A program made the translations under genes and the position numbers. 64,000 bases of DNA, taken from the NCBI GenBank assembly GCA_036172245.1, contig JAYWIR010000021.1, positions 1,612,001-1,676,000 on the forward strand. Direction: 5' to 3'. This stretch comes from Raillietiella orientalis. Taxonomy: Eukaryota. Below, piece by piece: positions 11,341-24,699 of this stretch. Position 1 is the first letter of the stretch. Every line of letters starts with the position of its first letter. The notes under the pieces were generated by a model. That model did not search any database, was not told the origin of the DNA, and was given only the letters and a program-made list of their open reading frames with translations.

Positions 11341-13689
11341 GTTGGTTGCCACGTGTAAAAATTGTTATCGTTGGAATGTACAAAATATAAAGAATCCACT
11401 TTTTTAAACAGGTTGCACTTATGCATTCCGAAAGCGCTGAAACTAAAATAACTTAATAACTTGTTTCCAAATATAAAAAGAGGTTTCTTTTTCCTATTTA
11501 TAACTGAGAAAATGCCATGGTGTCCTCAAAGATGATAGGAAAACTTATAGAATCATAAAATACATTTCTGAAAACCCAGCAATTATTTATTTCTGTATAC
11601 GCATTACATTATAGTGTTATACAAAATCACTATAGAAATTGGCAAGAGTTTTTTAAAACCCTATAATAGCTACCTCTAAGCCCATAATCTATCGTTATCA
11701 TTTCACATTTACAAAAAAAACAAGCTTATCCCTGATTCATTATTCATTGATAATTAGAAATATTAATTTGCCAGCATATCACCAAATGCTATAGTTATGT
11801 GGCGAATAAGCACATTTCTTGAAAACCATATTAAAGATATGGTTATCATAAAACATGCGTTGTATTTATCAGTCACAATCACCTGAATGTTTCTGGTTTA
11901 CCATTGTTCCAGAAAAGCAATATCTGTATAAACGGAAATATCCTACTGACATTAGCAATCGCTCATTTTAGTCTTGGAACACCTCGTGTGTAGTTTTGAT
12001 ACATCTAAGTTGTAGGATAGATGTGTTTTTAAAGATTTATAAGCAAATGTCACATTAACATCATAAAAGGCCAATAAATTTTTTATCAGTAACTTTATAT
12101 TCAGCATGACTTCAAATTATAATTCTAATACTATATTAGTTACCTTTGAATACTCTGTATTATTGCAAAAAAGTTGCTTGAAGAACAAAGCATTGGATTG
12201 TACATAAAATACTATAAAAGCACCGTAGTAATATTCATTACATAGCAATAATTTCAGAGTTCGACAGAAACACGCACTGATGTATGATTAATTCCAATTA
12301 AACTTTGAGACTTTTCCAGTTCATTAAAATAGAAATTGATATACATTCATGAATGTATATCAGCTCTTTTCAGATGCTCCATAGCAATATTTTCTCCAAC
12401 AAGAAAACAGTTTTTTTTACTAATTAATTTATACCCTGTTCAGATTTAGTTACAGAACTGGATGTGAACGTTTTTAAATTAAAAATAATCATAATCTACG
12501 GATCTACATCACATTACATGCATATCCATAATTGCAGTATTTATTTTTCTTACATGATATGATTTAATGATGCGCAGTTTTCAGATAACGAAGGCGAATT
12601 TTAAACCTAAGATACAACTGATTGGAAATCCACAAAAGCATTTCTTGATAATTTTTAATGCTTCTTAGCACAGAAATAATGTCAAGATGCATTGAGGTGA
12701 TTTCACTTTAACATGAATTCCTTTCACCTTGTCATATTCCCATAAAAAAACATAAGTTCCAAAAAGACACATCTAAACACATTTTGCTTATTCAACTCGT
12801 TTTAAAATCTTGGTTCATAATCCATGTTTCTGAGCTTAGAAGAGGCATCCCGTTTCGATGGAAATCCAAGATGAATGCTACAAATTTAGTATTCGTGCAG
12901 TCGTTGAAATCTTTTCCTACATATAGTTGCGCTACTCATCAAGTTTCTCCCACAGATTTAATGTCACTTGAAAATAAAGCAAACATCTACATTCTGAAGA
13001 ATGCAAAAGCCCATGGTAGGGCAATAGAATATACAGCAGTTTGAACTGCATCACGACATTAAACTTAGCGAGTTAGCAATAAACCAGTAAAAAAATTACT
13101 TTATGCTTGAAACTGCATGTCAGTCAATCTATGCCATTTTTTTTTAGCTTCAAATACCGGATAGCTTTGCATTACATAGGATTATCGAAGCAAATGGAAG
13201 GCTACAATCTTTTTAGTGGCTCGCATTCTGAAATGAGAATTTCGTTGAAGTGCTGAAATCTGTAAAGCAGAATGAGTATAACTTTCACTCAGGACACAGT
13301 AACCTTACAATGAAGGTTTGAATAATCTCACTTCATGAAATATTGAAATCGCAATCTTTTGAATGACTTGAAGAATAATAAGGTATATTTATGGGCATTC
13401 CAAAATTTCGCATATTTGGAAACATTTTTAAATTCAGGAAACATCCTGTTGACGCTTTCATTCTTCCCTTACAGCAGATTTCGAGTCCGATAAAGTCAGA
13501 AAAGTCTAAAAAGTTTGTCTGTGCTTATGAAACACGTAATCTCAAACAACTTTGTGTGCTTTACTCATTTGCTCGAAAAAAATTTTTTTTTGATTGCTCC
13601 AAGGACTTCCAAAATTCAGTTTGAAGCCAGTGTTCTCAAGTTCAAAGCGGAATTTTCGAGCATGGATTTCGACTTGTAGAAAGAGTTTT

Positions 13690-14095
13690 ATTTTAATGGA
13701 CGACGGCGTGCCAGATTGCTCTCTCACCTGGAGAATTTGAAAGGAAATTCAGAATAAACCTTGCCCGCCGGGCCGAGACAGAAAGCGGGGAGGAGAACGT
13801 AATTCCGTAAATCGAATTTGTATCCACAATTGCATCCCGTCCATATATGGGGGGTTTTTTAGGGTTTCCACTCAGACTTGTAGTACTTTCCTTACATACT
13901 TGCACGTAACGTACACATCGACAAGAAACAGAAGCAGTGGTCAGTACATATGCTGTGTGATGTATGTATCAAATGTATCAATCCATGTTCAATCTTCTGC
14001 CTCCTCTGCACCTTGTAGGAAGCGGCCAGGCTCGCTTTCAGGCGGTTACTTTTGAATCACGATAGTCATGGTCACACAGTGTTTTGCACGAAATA
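13690..14095. promoter_or_regulatory. CpG-rich promoter/5' region of NDC1, possibly bidirectional
   Basis: Local CpG/GC enrichment inside otherwise CpG-poor AT-rich DNA just upstream of the ATG. Minus-strand donor-like sites occur at ~13895 (GTAAGG) and ~13727 (CAG/GTGAGA). Confidence 0.5.
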
Positions 14096-17000
14096 ATGTC
14101 TTTAAATGAAAGAAAGAATGTAGAACCTGGAAAATGGTTCCGGAGTGAGGTATGATTCTCGTTTCATTTATTCCCAGACAACAACTTGAATTCATACTTA
14201 TATAGCAGATATATATCAAATTTTTCATTCTTTATTGACATGGGAGTAGTAACAGTAATTCGGATTTTTTGACTGTTTAGAAATTTTCCAAAAACGTAAA
14301 CTGGGGAACTTCATATGAGGAAAGATACAAAAAGTTTTTTGACCCCAAATTTCACCCTTGATAAATATTGCTTGTGTTCCATTTATAGTTTTGACTTTTG
14401 TTTGCATTCAAGTTTTAATATCTCCTTTCAAAAATGGCTGTATACCCGGCTTAAAACTAGGGCCCAGAATAAGGTCGTAGTAAATACATTAACATATGAA
14501 ATAATTTAAGTAATATGTTCGTACTATTTATATTTATCTTTGAGATCATTTGTAATAAACTGTGTGTATTTCTAAATTTGTAGGTTTTTATTCCCAGAGT
14601 AGAAGAGTGCTTGGGATATTCATTATGTCTTCATGCTTTGGTTGTTGGTGCAGCTATACTCCCTGTACAACTGTTGAGGAAATACAAATTTCTTGATGAG
14701 ACAGCTTATACTGATGTTCCAACATATACCTACATTGCTTTTCAAATTATAGCCTTCTGCATTTGCAGAATTATTTTCGTATTTTTCCATATCAAAAATT
14801 ATACTGGTTTGTTTACTTTTTTGCCTTGTTCTGTGTTGTCAGGAATGTCAGCTTATTGAAAAACCAATACTTGTAGAGTTTCATGTCTCTTCATGCATCT
14901 TTATAGGACATGCTTCCTGTATTGCATTTTTTATGATTTCTAAATCAGTTTCAGAAAAAATATTTCTCAAAAGGATCGATATTTTGAAGTGGATGTTGGT
15001 CCCCCAGAGAGCATGCTTTGTTCTGTTCCTCAGTTTTTCTGGCATATCGGATGTATGGATTTTGCTTCAATTATTTGGTCAAAGATATGCTAACCCACTT
15101 GGGTCTTGCAAAGTAATGGATGGATTCTCCAAACCAGTGTATGTAATGAAGAATCTAATCGATTTCTTGTATACTTCTCTGATTATGAAGATTACAAGTG
15201 CCTCTGTTTTTTATTTTAGTTTGATGCCGTGCCTCAATGAATATTATTTATTCTTGCTGTTATGTGGTGGATTCATGGGCTTTATGTGGGGATTGCACTA
15301 TTTCTTGAATAAAGAATGTCTTGTTCAAGTTCTGCTTGTCAATCAAAGAACTGTAATGCAACTTCAAGATCTACTTATTTCTGTGTGCTACTGTAGCTTA
15401 AAGTTTGTCTTATGCCACATCTGGATGTTCTATCTACTGTACTGGCTTGCAAGTGAGATGCCCATTTCAAAAGAGTTTTATTTTTTCAATGATCAGGAAA
15501 CAAAATCATCATGTTGCTATCAGTTTTGACCTACACTTCTGCAGTGCATTCTGCTTTAGGTGGAATTCTGAAACTGCTAAATCTGCAGCTTTTTTTAGTA
15601 GCCATTTTAGTGTCATGGCTGTTTGTTCTCAGTTTGCAGATTACCAGCACTGTGTTTCGTGTCAAAGTAATGCAGGTAAGCACTGAGCATTAGGAGAATT
15701 CCCCAAGTATATTAACGCTTCCGGTGTGTTTTAACTTGTTTTAATTATTTCTGGGGCATTCATATTTATGTTTGACTTTTATATCTGTGCATTCTAAGCA
15801 GTTTTTCTTCCGAATCATAATACTGTGTATGCAAGCAGTGTATACATTGTGATGCGTGCATGCATGCATGCATGAAGAATTATAAATATATTCCATTATA
15901 ATTATAGGTTTCTTCAATAAAAGAAAGAGCTCCTCATTGAAAGAGCTCTCTATATGTATGCTATTAATTTCTTTGGAAGCTTTTCTTAGTAGTCTTTTTC
16001 ATGATGGTAAAGAGTATATATTTTTTTGTGTTTATAGTTCCATTTATGGATTTCAGCCATATTTCTTCCCTCTGAAATTGGATATACAACATGAAAGCCA
16101 TATAAGATTGGTTGATGCTCTTCGTGCATGGGATTTCCATCTCCTTCAATACTTAGGGTACAGGGACTTAGTGTGCTTGGCTACACGTTCTAGTTTGCGA
16201 AGGCAACAGTTATTTTCATTGAGCACACCAGGTAGTAAGGCTAAGTGTCTTCTCTATTTATTAAGCTTTCAGGAGGCCATGCTCACCATTGGAATCAAAT
16301 TCGGGAAGAATGCCTTCAGTTGATAGATAGTTTCACTTTGCAACTCCATCAGTTAATGTTTGGTGTAGAAAGACAAAGTACCGAGGTACCTTTACCTGCC
16401 CAAGATAAAGCTATTCTAAGGCAATGTCGTCCCTTGGTAACTGCAAAGACAAACCACTCAGCACAGTCTGCTTCTAATTTTGCTGATTACTTGCTAGTAC
16501 GCTTTGCAACTGAGTTCTGTGCAGTTAGGTATATCCTTGATTGGATACATTGATTCTCTCTTAGCAAACAACAAAAAAGATTCTTGGTTTGAGTCCCATT
16601 CACTACTTGTTAGGAGAAATCCCTCATGCCAAGTTCACAGCATTGTTTGCTGATTGTTTGCCAGTAATCTGGGCTGTAACTGGTCAGTGGCGAGAAGGAT
16701 TGTCAATATAATCCTATTGTTGTCAAAGGTCTGTCCATCATCATCGAAAGATCTTATACCGAGGATGAATATGGTATTGTGCAGCAGCACTTAGCTCGGA
16801 TTTTATGCTCTTTATTCAAATTGCATGCTGTGAGTATTAGAAAAAAAGTACTGATTAGCACTAACATTTTTTCTAGGCACTGGATCAATATAACCGTGTA
16901 CAACCTCTCAATCTGAGGAGCACTGTGAATCGCTTTATGAGGAATGCCTTAAAAATGGCAGTTAATCAGAGCATCTATCGCATTGTCTTCACCTTTGGTG

Positions 17001-17131
17001 ATAGTCTGAAGTATGTTTAATGGTTTTGAGAGCTCTTAAAATATTGAAAGCATTTCAGAGCAATATGTATTCCTCCTGAAATTCAGGAACAAATGGCATA
17101 TTTTATGGATATTTTAATGCCCTATAAATAA
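14096..17131 (+). CDS. NDC1: Nucleoporin NDC1 (TMEM48), 11 exons, ~591 aa
   Basis: Exons 14096-14149, 14584-14806, 14877-15138, 15220-15452, 15497-15675, 16057-16231, 16273-16496, 16565-16682, 16729-16829, 16877-17010, 17059-17131 join in frame through GT-AG introns (1776 nt). Signature motifs: 'CLNEYYLFLLLCGGFMG', 'LFSLSTPGGHAHHW..I..ECL', 'LFADC...IWAV.GLS', 'SYTEDEYGIVQ..L..IL', 'IYRIV.TFG'. N-terminal TM segments are present. The exon 3 acceptor could alternatively be 14907. Confidence 0.93.
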
Positions 17132-19169
17132 GTTGGAGTTGCATCATTCAATCCTGTTAAAAGCAATGCAGCAAAGTATCAATGACAGAGTTATCTTAAT
17201 GAGCTCCTATTGATGAGCATTCTCAGTACATTTTTTATAAATGTTCCTCAACATCTTCAAAGTGGAGCTTTTTGATTATCTAAGTTCTGTTCTCTGAATA
17301 TCCTCATGCATATGCATGTACAGTTATTTCTTTCTTATAATGTGTACATGACATACTTTGCTGCTTAGTAACAGTTCATGTTTCTAATTAGTGAATGGAT
17401 ATTCATGTGAAATTTTAAAAGCAAGGAAACGCTTCAAATCCATTTAACAAGAATTAATAATAAGAAGTTGAATAAATTTTACGATTTGAACTTTATGAGA
17501 TGCATAAAGGACATGCCAAATACGTACATAGGAATAGACCGGAGATATTTTAATTGGAGAGGAGGAGCTTTTGAATTACAATATTTAATATTGAAAAATA
17601 GGCATGCATTTTTATTTAGAAATAAGTAAAATCTATTTTGACGCAAATTCCGATGTTTGGGTCACTTTCTCCTGTCCTTCATTATTGTAGCTAATGAAAT
17701 TTCGAAACTGCATGATTTTTATATTGTACGGTAGGTATACTCTTGCATAAATGTTTTGTGGAAGGAATTGGAATAGCACAAGATCCTTAAATGTCTCATA
17801 GAATGTGTTGTATTTGAATGCCTTATAAAGTTGGTAAACTGCCACAAATTGGTGAAAAATTAGGGTTTCTTCATGTTATTGAACTGGTTCCTATTACGGT
17901 GCCTGATATTTAGCGCCATATTTTACATAAGGATGAGACTACGTCCTGATTGGAAGTGAAGTTTCGAAGGACTCAGCTGATCAAGTTCGCAATATAAGTC
18001 CAATTATGAGTTTGTTTCCACATAACACTAGCTGTTGTGAAAACCCCATGGTTAAATTATCACAGATTACCACTGCTGACTCACATAACCATTGGAGCTG
18101 GCTGCAGGCACTTTCTGCCATCGATGACTGGATCCATTCAGTATTGAGCATTAAGCATACAGACTATACCTTGTATGAATCAAAAGAAATATCATAATGC
18201 ACTTGGTGATAGGATAGTATAATAGGAGATCCTATAGTGATGGATGCATGTAAACTATAATTGATCTCGTTTGGATCTTCACTCCGAGGATTGTGGCTTT
18301 GATTTATGACCTTTGGAGAGGGAATCTTGCATCTACGTCTTCTGTAAAGCGAGTCATCGCCCCTGATGTGATTGGAACGCCTTTTCCCCTTATCCATGAC
18401 ATTAATTTTGTCTTTGCAAAGTTCTGTCGTCAGTATTTTTTATTTCTCGCAAATTCGCTAATTTGTGCATCCTTGGTTTCCTTTCTGGTCGTTTTCGACG
18501 ACAGCCAACACCTGAAGAATATCTGAAGTCTTCATCTGATGGTATTTCAGGACGCGGTTCTACGGACCAATATTTTCAAATGCCACCTGAAAGGCAATCT
18601 AGCGTGTTCCAGACAAACTGATGTGTTTATTGTCCTTCTACATGGAAGCTGTTAATAATCTATCTACAAAGCGCATTATTAAAAAGGAAAGAAGGTGTTT
18701 AAATTTTCGAGAATTTTCAATTCCATGTATTTAATAAGCTCATCTTCCTTGGGATATATTCCACACAGATAATTGATGCAAGTAGTTTGAAGTGAAGCGG
18801 TGCCACTGCTTTGTGGAAGTCGGAACGTGGGATCCGACGGGCGGTGGGGTCAATGGCAACCCTTCAGCAAGACTTGGTCATAAGTTGAAATCAAATTCCA
18901 TATTAGTGGGTTCGTAAGTCGGCACAGCCTTCCATAGCTTATGCAGCTTGAGTAGAAAGAAAAAAAAATTTTTTTTTTCTTGCTAGTGTATCACATCTTC
19001 GATTGAAACGTTCCCTTGGCTGATCCGACGTACACACCATATTTTCCTGATAGCATGTACATCTACCTCTGTTTTCCTGATGTATTATTTACGCAAGATC
19101 TATTAGGATGTTGCAGCATCTTGGTGAAGCTGCAGGAAGTGAAACAAGGTTCAAAACGCCAACCGTGAA

Positions 19170-19570
19170 TGGTCAAGGAAAGCTGCTTGACCAGGGGAGT
19201 GGGAAGTGCTGAAATGTTCCACCAGACGTTAGAATATCGGCACGTTCGAGCACGTGAACTTTATACGTTTTCTGAAAAACACGCGCCATTCCTTGTCAAA
19301 AGCAGAAAATTCCCGGAATGCAGCAGAAATCCCATTCCTGTGCATGCGCGACGGGCACACGCGGATGTCTTGGAAACCTCCGAGTCCTCCGATTGTCCCC
19401 ATCTTCACAACGAGGTGAGCTCATTGGGATGTCGGGACGGCCAAGATGTGCTCGAGAACACCAAATCGGAGCAGACGTTCGAAAATGGTTTCTGAGTGCA
19501 TGGCAGATGCTATCCAGAGCGCTGTCTTTTGGTCCATTGTGAAAAGGGCCATCGAGCAAAAAGCAAAGCA
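19170..19570 (+). mobile_element. Possible Tc1/mariner transposase C-terminal relic
   Basis: Frameshifted peptides 'AEMFHQTL', 'EKHAP', 'WKPPSPPIVPI' (cf. WPxxSPDLNPI) and 'VRKWFLSAWQML'. No TIRs found. Confidence 0.3.
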
Positions 19571-21899
19571 AAAAAAGCCCTGCGCCATTTACATTGCTTT
19601 GGAACAGTGGTCTACCGACTGCATGTATGTGCTTTTTTTTTTCTTTTTTTCCATCCCACTTGTTCATTTGCAAACTGAAGCCATTCGGGGGAGAATTTGA
19701 CTGCAAATCGTGGCGCAAGACCTCAACGAGCTGTGAAAACGAGGAAACTCTGCTTGGTGCAAGGAAGAGGATGATGCATGATCAAAAATCGGAGAAGTCC
19801 CCGGGAAGGGAAGCTCCTTGGGGACGGGCACATTTTCGTGTTTGCGTGTGCCCTCCAGCAGGAAACACCCAAGCATGTTGTTCAAATGTCCAACTTTCCT
19901 GTGTGTGCCTGGAAAGACATTAGGCTTTGAAAACGTTCGGGAATGACCATTACTCTCAAGTCAGCGGCTTTCCCCATGATGGAAAGTCGAATCTTTCAAT
20001 GCAATGCAGTAAGAGCTGTTTGTCTCTTTGTGTTCAATAAAATTGAAGCAGCTGCCGGACAAAAGGTTGCCTCAGAGAATCATGCTGAGAAGTCACTGAT
20101 CACCCGTCAGTAAAAAAACACACACGATAGTTGCCAGCACTGGGATCTGTTTCTTATCTTGCGCAGAATGGACTACGGTCTCCCGAATGCCCTATTCAGC
20201 AATCCATAAAATGGATTTTTTGTTTTTTTTTTTTCAAAATAATATTGCGATGTGAAGGGATTGTGATATTCAGAGCGCTTTTCTGGGAAGGCTCCATCTT
20301 CCATATCATATTAACGAGTGGTCGTAAAGGTGGCACACAGTAAACGGCAAAACAAAGTCCGGGAGCCACGCTGCCCAAAACTGTGGAGATCGGAGGGAAT
20401 AGGAAATTGCCAAGCCTTAAAATGGGAATTGTGTCGAGGCTAATGGGGGATAGGAAATGCAGAGAATCGGCGGGGAATTGTCGTGTCGATCGTGAGTGTT
20501 CTCTTAGCATTTATTGATCCTGAGTGGAGAAAAAAAAAAAAAAAAAACAATACCAAACGGTATTATGGATGGAAAGTATGCTATTCGAACCAGTTAGATG
20601 AGCATAATCAGTTACTGAGCTTACGACAAGTTCACCGGAATGCCCGAATTCTTAGACAGTGACATCACCGACTTTTAAAGACCGGTAACTTTCGACAATT
20701 GCTTAGCATTGCAGATATCCTTTATTGGCCGTTTGTCGACAGAATATAAAACACAGATTGCTTTGATTCAGCCCTGTTATATTATATGTTCAACATAAAA
20801 GTTATGCTTTTCATGGCAAATGGGTTTCCCAGACGAAAGGAGGAACTTTTCGCTCTACCAGACAACTCAATGAAGCTCAGAAACTGCATAGCACTCCAAA
20901 GTTCAAAAATGGACCTCGTCACAGGATCACTGCCTACCCAGCTGCGCCGAAATCAAGTTTGTCGTTGACCACCTCGTTCGCCTGCATATATTTCTTGCTT
21001 TCAAGAAAGCAGAGAAGGTACTCTTCACCGTGGTCAGATCGCTGCTCCTCGAGCTCTCTCCTGCCTTTGTGTCCTGCAGGCAATTTTCCAGGTCCCCAAA
21101 CTGTGGCATGCCTGAATGCAGCCTCAAAACTCGCCGTCCACCGGGTGCTGAAGGTATGCAAATGTTCCCACGTGGACTCGTGGATTCCATTCTGAAACCC
21201 CAAAATAGGTATCCGCGAAGATGCCTCTATTCAGAACTTTGAAAATTCAAATTTCTGGAAGCGTGACATATGATGTGAAAAGGCGAAGGTATAAGAAATA
21301 GGAATGAAAAAGGAATGGTCTAATTATGGTACACGATAATAAGCATGGGAAAGCAGGTGGAAAAAACTGGTTTGAGAAGTTCATCATCTCATAGAAGAAT
21401 CAGCGAAAGAATGGTCGAAGAAAACTGATCATCAGAAAGAAAGACTAGTAAATCTTGCATGTACTGTTCTCCAAAAATAGGCGAACATTTCTCGCGTACT
21501 TAGAGACCCCCCCCTCCCCAATAAAAGAAGGAAGATGTGGTAGATTTTTTGTATGGTCTGAAGGGTACGGTAGCATACGGTTGCTGCTGAGAATCTTTGT
21601 GTTTCAGCGAACATCAAGTCAACCACTGTGTCCATCTCGCGCAGACTCAGGGGCGAAATAACCTCAGATAGTGATGGAAGGGCCAACTGAATAAGATTAA
21701 CAAAAAAAGGAAACCTCACAGTGTAAAAGGGAAGGGGGAGGGAGGAGGAAGAAACCGAAAAATCGCAAGAAACTTCGGATGTCGCAGAACCCTCTGTTCT
21801 TAATAGATTAAATAGACCCTCTCTAACTGTAAAAGTTATAAACTTCTCCCTCCATTCAGAGTTGAATTCGCTACACACTATTTTGGAAAATCCTTTGAT

Positions 21900-23150
21900 A
21901 TTTGTGAACAGCAAACGTCAGATGAACTGCTGGAAGGAAGATTTAAAAGAAATGTGGTAGGTATGGTGAAGGACTGCTTCTGGAATTGAATCATCACAAA
22001 TTAGCGCCCTTGCTGAGAACTGATGATTTGTGGAAAGACAATCTGCTTCCTGCTGCCTTACTGATGCGAAAGACACTTCAGCAAGAAAACAACATTCCTG
22101 GGGCATGTAGACCATGCTACTCTGAAGAATGCGGCTCAAAGAGTGCAGCTGGAGTGACACTTCAGACGGTGGACACGTGGCCACGTGACCTTCATGCATA
22201 GCTCGTATGACAAGTGCCGGTATAAATCTAGCAAGCAACCAAGAGCTCACCAGTCCCAATCCCGAAACTGCTACGCGCTCGACCGCGGATCTGTGTAACA
22301 AGTGCAGGCCTTTCAGCCAATATCAGGGAGGAATCTGCCCCATCAGCTTGCTATCGATACCCCTGAGACCAAGCCTTGCAATCTACCAGATCAACGACTG
22401 GCTTCACCTGCAACAACTACACGGACGACGACTTTCACCAACTTCAGCAGTGGCTCGAAGACAAAAATCCATTTCGCCATCATGGGAGTAGAAATAGGAA
22501 TACGTCTACAAGGGTGTCTCCGATGGAAAATACCCATTACAGGGAAGAAAGAGAAACGAACTTTCCTCTTCAAGGCTCGTCTAGAGAAAGCCAAGGGATC
22601 ATCGAAGATAAAACATATCTTACTGCTCAAAACAGGACCCCGATCCCTATGAATGGCATCTGATACGGACACATGGTTTTTGACAAGGGGTCAGATAGAG
22701 TGCTTGATGGTCGGTGTATAGATGCTTTGAAGAGGTCGTTTTTCCTGTACTTCCTTATGAGCCTGGTGTCTAGTGCACAGTCCTGGAGTTTGGCTGATGC
22801 AGCGAAACGGCAGATCCTTTCAAAGAATCCAGATATCCGTGTGGGCCTGCCAGACTGCAGCACGTATACTTTGGTAGGGGAACAGTGCAATTTTCCTGTT
22901 GGTTAGATGAACCAGGAAATTTATTGACGACAGCAGTGAGGCCGATGCTTAATTGCTGGCAACCGATTCGAATCTTGATTCATCTGGCAAGGGAATTTAG
23001 GAGTCTGCGTTTCGTACGCACTTTCTCAAACTCCAAAACTCATTAAGACTCACTCTGAGATCCTCGTGATCCTCACTGTAAGCACACGCCATCAGACATT
23101 GCCTGTACATGTAAGTATGAGATCTTAGATATGAGTTATGGCAGGAAGGT
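21900..23150 (-). mobile_element. Possible LTR-retrotransposon (gag/pol) relic
   Basis: 'LQSGRPTRISGFFERICRFAASAKLQDCALDTRLI' is gag-like and 'LGLVSSWLLARFIP' resembles FLGxxxYxxRFIP of the RT/RNase H junction. Very degenerate. Confidence 0.28.
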
Positions 23151-23261
23151 AGTTAATGGTAGTGCACTGGAACAGAATGTTTCCTTCCTAGAGGAACTTG
23201 ATGGGCATCCCTTTCGACTAGAGTGGGGGCAACATCTCCATAGTGCATCCAGCGCTGGAAT

Positions 23262-23760
23262 TTAGACCATGCATCTCCTCAGTCTTTCGAATCTCCATGC
23301 TGAAAGCGAAGTAGAACTGCCTATATTCGGTATACACAGTTTGTGCAACTTCTGTACTTTGTACACTGTACTACTTCCTCCGTGCTTTAACAATCTTTGA
23401 CTCTCCCTTCCGAGAACACAAGCAGATAGAGGCGAACAGTGTTTAATGGTTCCCAACGCCATCGAGCCGCCTCATCTTCGATGCGCCTCTGCATGCCCAG
23501 GTCATAATTTCGAAGCGCGCGTGACAAACGCGCTGTGGAAACGGAGGCCATCATTTGCGCTTTCCAAGTTTTGACTTCGGGGGTTCGTCACGGAAGGCAC
23601 CGTTCTGTTCACAAAGAGGAAACTGCAAATCGCAGCAGCGCTTTGACGAGGGAAAGGCACGCTCATCTCGAGGCAAACTTTTCCCAAAGTTCCCTGGACC
23701 ATTCTTGCCAACTTTGCAGGAAAGCGTGCCAGTGCTCCGTGGTATGGCAGATTCATCGAC
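23262..23760 (-). mobile_element. Degenerate L1/Tx1-type RT relic
   Basis: 'KLARMVQGTLGKV.......Q' (cf. KILAKxLxxRLxxV...Q), 'LRFHSAFVTR' (cf. LDFxKAFDRV) and 'CSPLSACV' (cf. QGCPLSPxL). Confidence 0.4.
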
Positions 23761-23779
23761 TTGAATTGGGGGGGTCAAC

Positions 23780-24650
23780 GGTTGAGTTTAGGGATATCCG
23801 GCCGTGTGGACCGTTTAACGCAACTTGCAACAAGAAGGAAAAATGCAGAATAGGACAATCATTCCCGCCCAAACCCGAAGAACTGCGGATGACACGGGTG
23901 AGGTCCGCCTCGGGGAAGGAAGAGAAAGGGCGGCAAATGAAAAAGTAAAAAAAGAAAAACTTTTCATGTGGGGCTGCGGGAGAGGTGGGGAGCCAGGGAG
24001 ACCCCGGGGTTCCTCTGCATCCTCTGCGTGATGCCGGCGCCCCTCCACCCACCAGTCTGGGCCGTCTCTTCCTCCTTCGCCATGGTAACGGCGTTCCCGT
24101 CTCGCTGTGTCCTGCGTAAGGCTGCGGCAGGCGGCATTCCGCTGTCTCCGGAGAGCCGCGCGCGGCGCCTCTTCGTGTGTGGCGCGCTGGGAACGTTCCA
24201 AGGAGGTCTCCGTAGCTGTTGCTCTCCTTGCAGCCTCTTCTGCACCGGAAGGTGCTTGGCGCGCGACTGGAGGTGGACCTGCATCGGTGATTCACTGCGT
24301 TCACCTGTTTCCATGCAAATTTGCATCCGGTGGACCACTGCTCCAATGGACCACGGGCATCGTGAGGGTGCGTCATCAACATAAGAGGTTCCACCCCCCT
24401 TATGGGTGCACGAGCAAGTCCTGTCCCCCAGAGGTGGCCGGACGAGGCAGGAGGCGCCACCTGTGATCGCACCGACACTTCTGGCGCCGTTTCCGGCGGA
24501 ATTCTCATCTGCCCCGCGCAGCGCCCGGAAGTGGGCGGCTCCCCGAAAGTAGCGAGCGACCTCTACCGGAACGCTTTCACCGCTACCCGACCGGGCTCCT
24601 ATTTGACCAGGAGGACCCACAGCTGGTCAGGGTGTAAAGTAGCGATGCTG
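23780..24650 (-). mobile_element. Degenerate RLE-type (R2/NeSL/Utopia-like) LINE C-terminal relic
   Basis: 'KFAWK', 'CRRGCKE....DLLGT.P.RH' (CCHC relic followed by RH) and 'RPRLV' (cf. RPDLV), in the order expected for RLE elements. Confidence 0.4.
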
Positions 24651-24699
24651 ACTTCGCTTCCCATCCTTCCCTTCGAACCGAATGCCTCGCACTCTGGAG

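Noticed and set aside
11885..12020. Two minus-strand hairpins followed by ACA, a possible H/ACA snoRNA
   Set aside because: No proper ANANNA hinge and very unequal hairpins.
13200..13450. Small two-exon minus-strand ORF (MFPEFKNVSKYAKFW...)
   Set aside because: Only ~57 aa with no recognisable homology. It cannot be distinguished from a chance ORF in the putative non-coding transcript.
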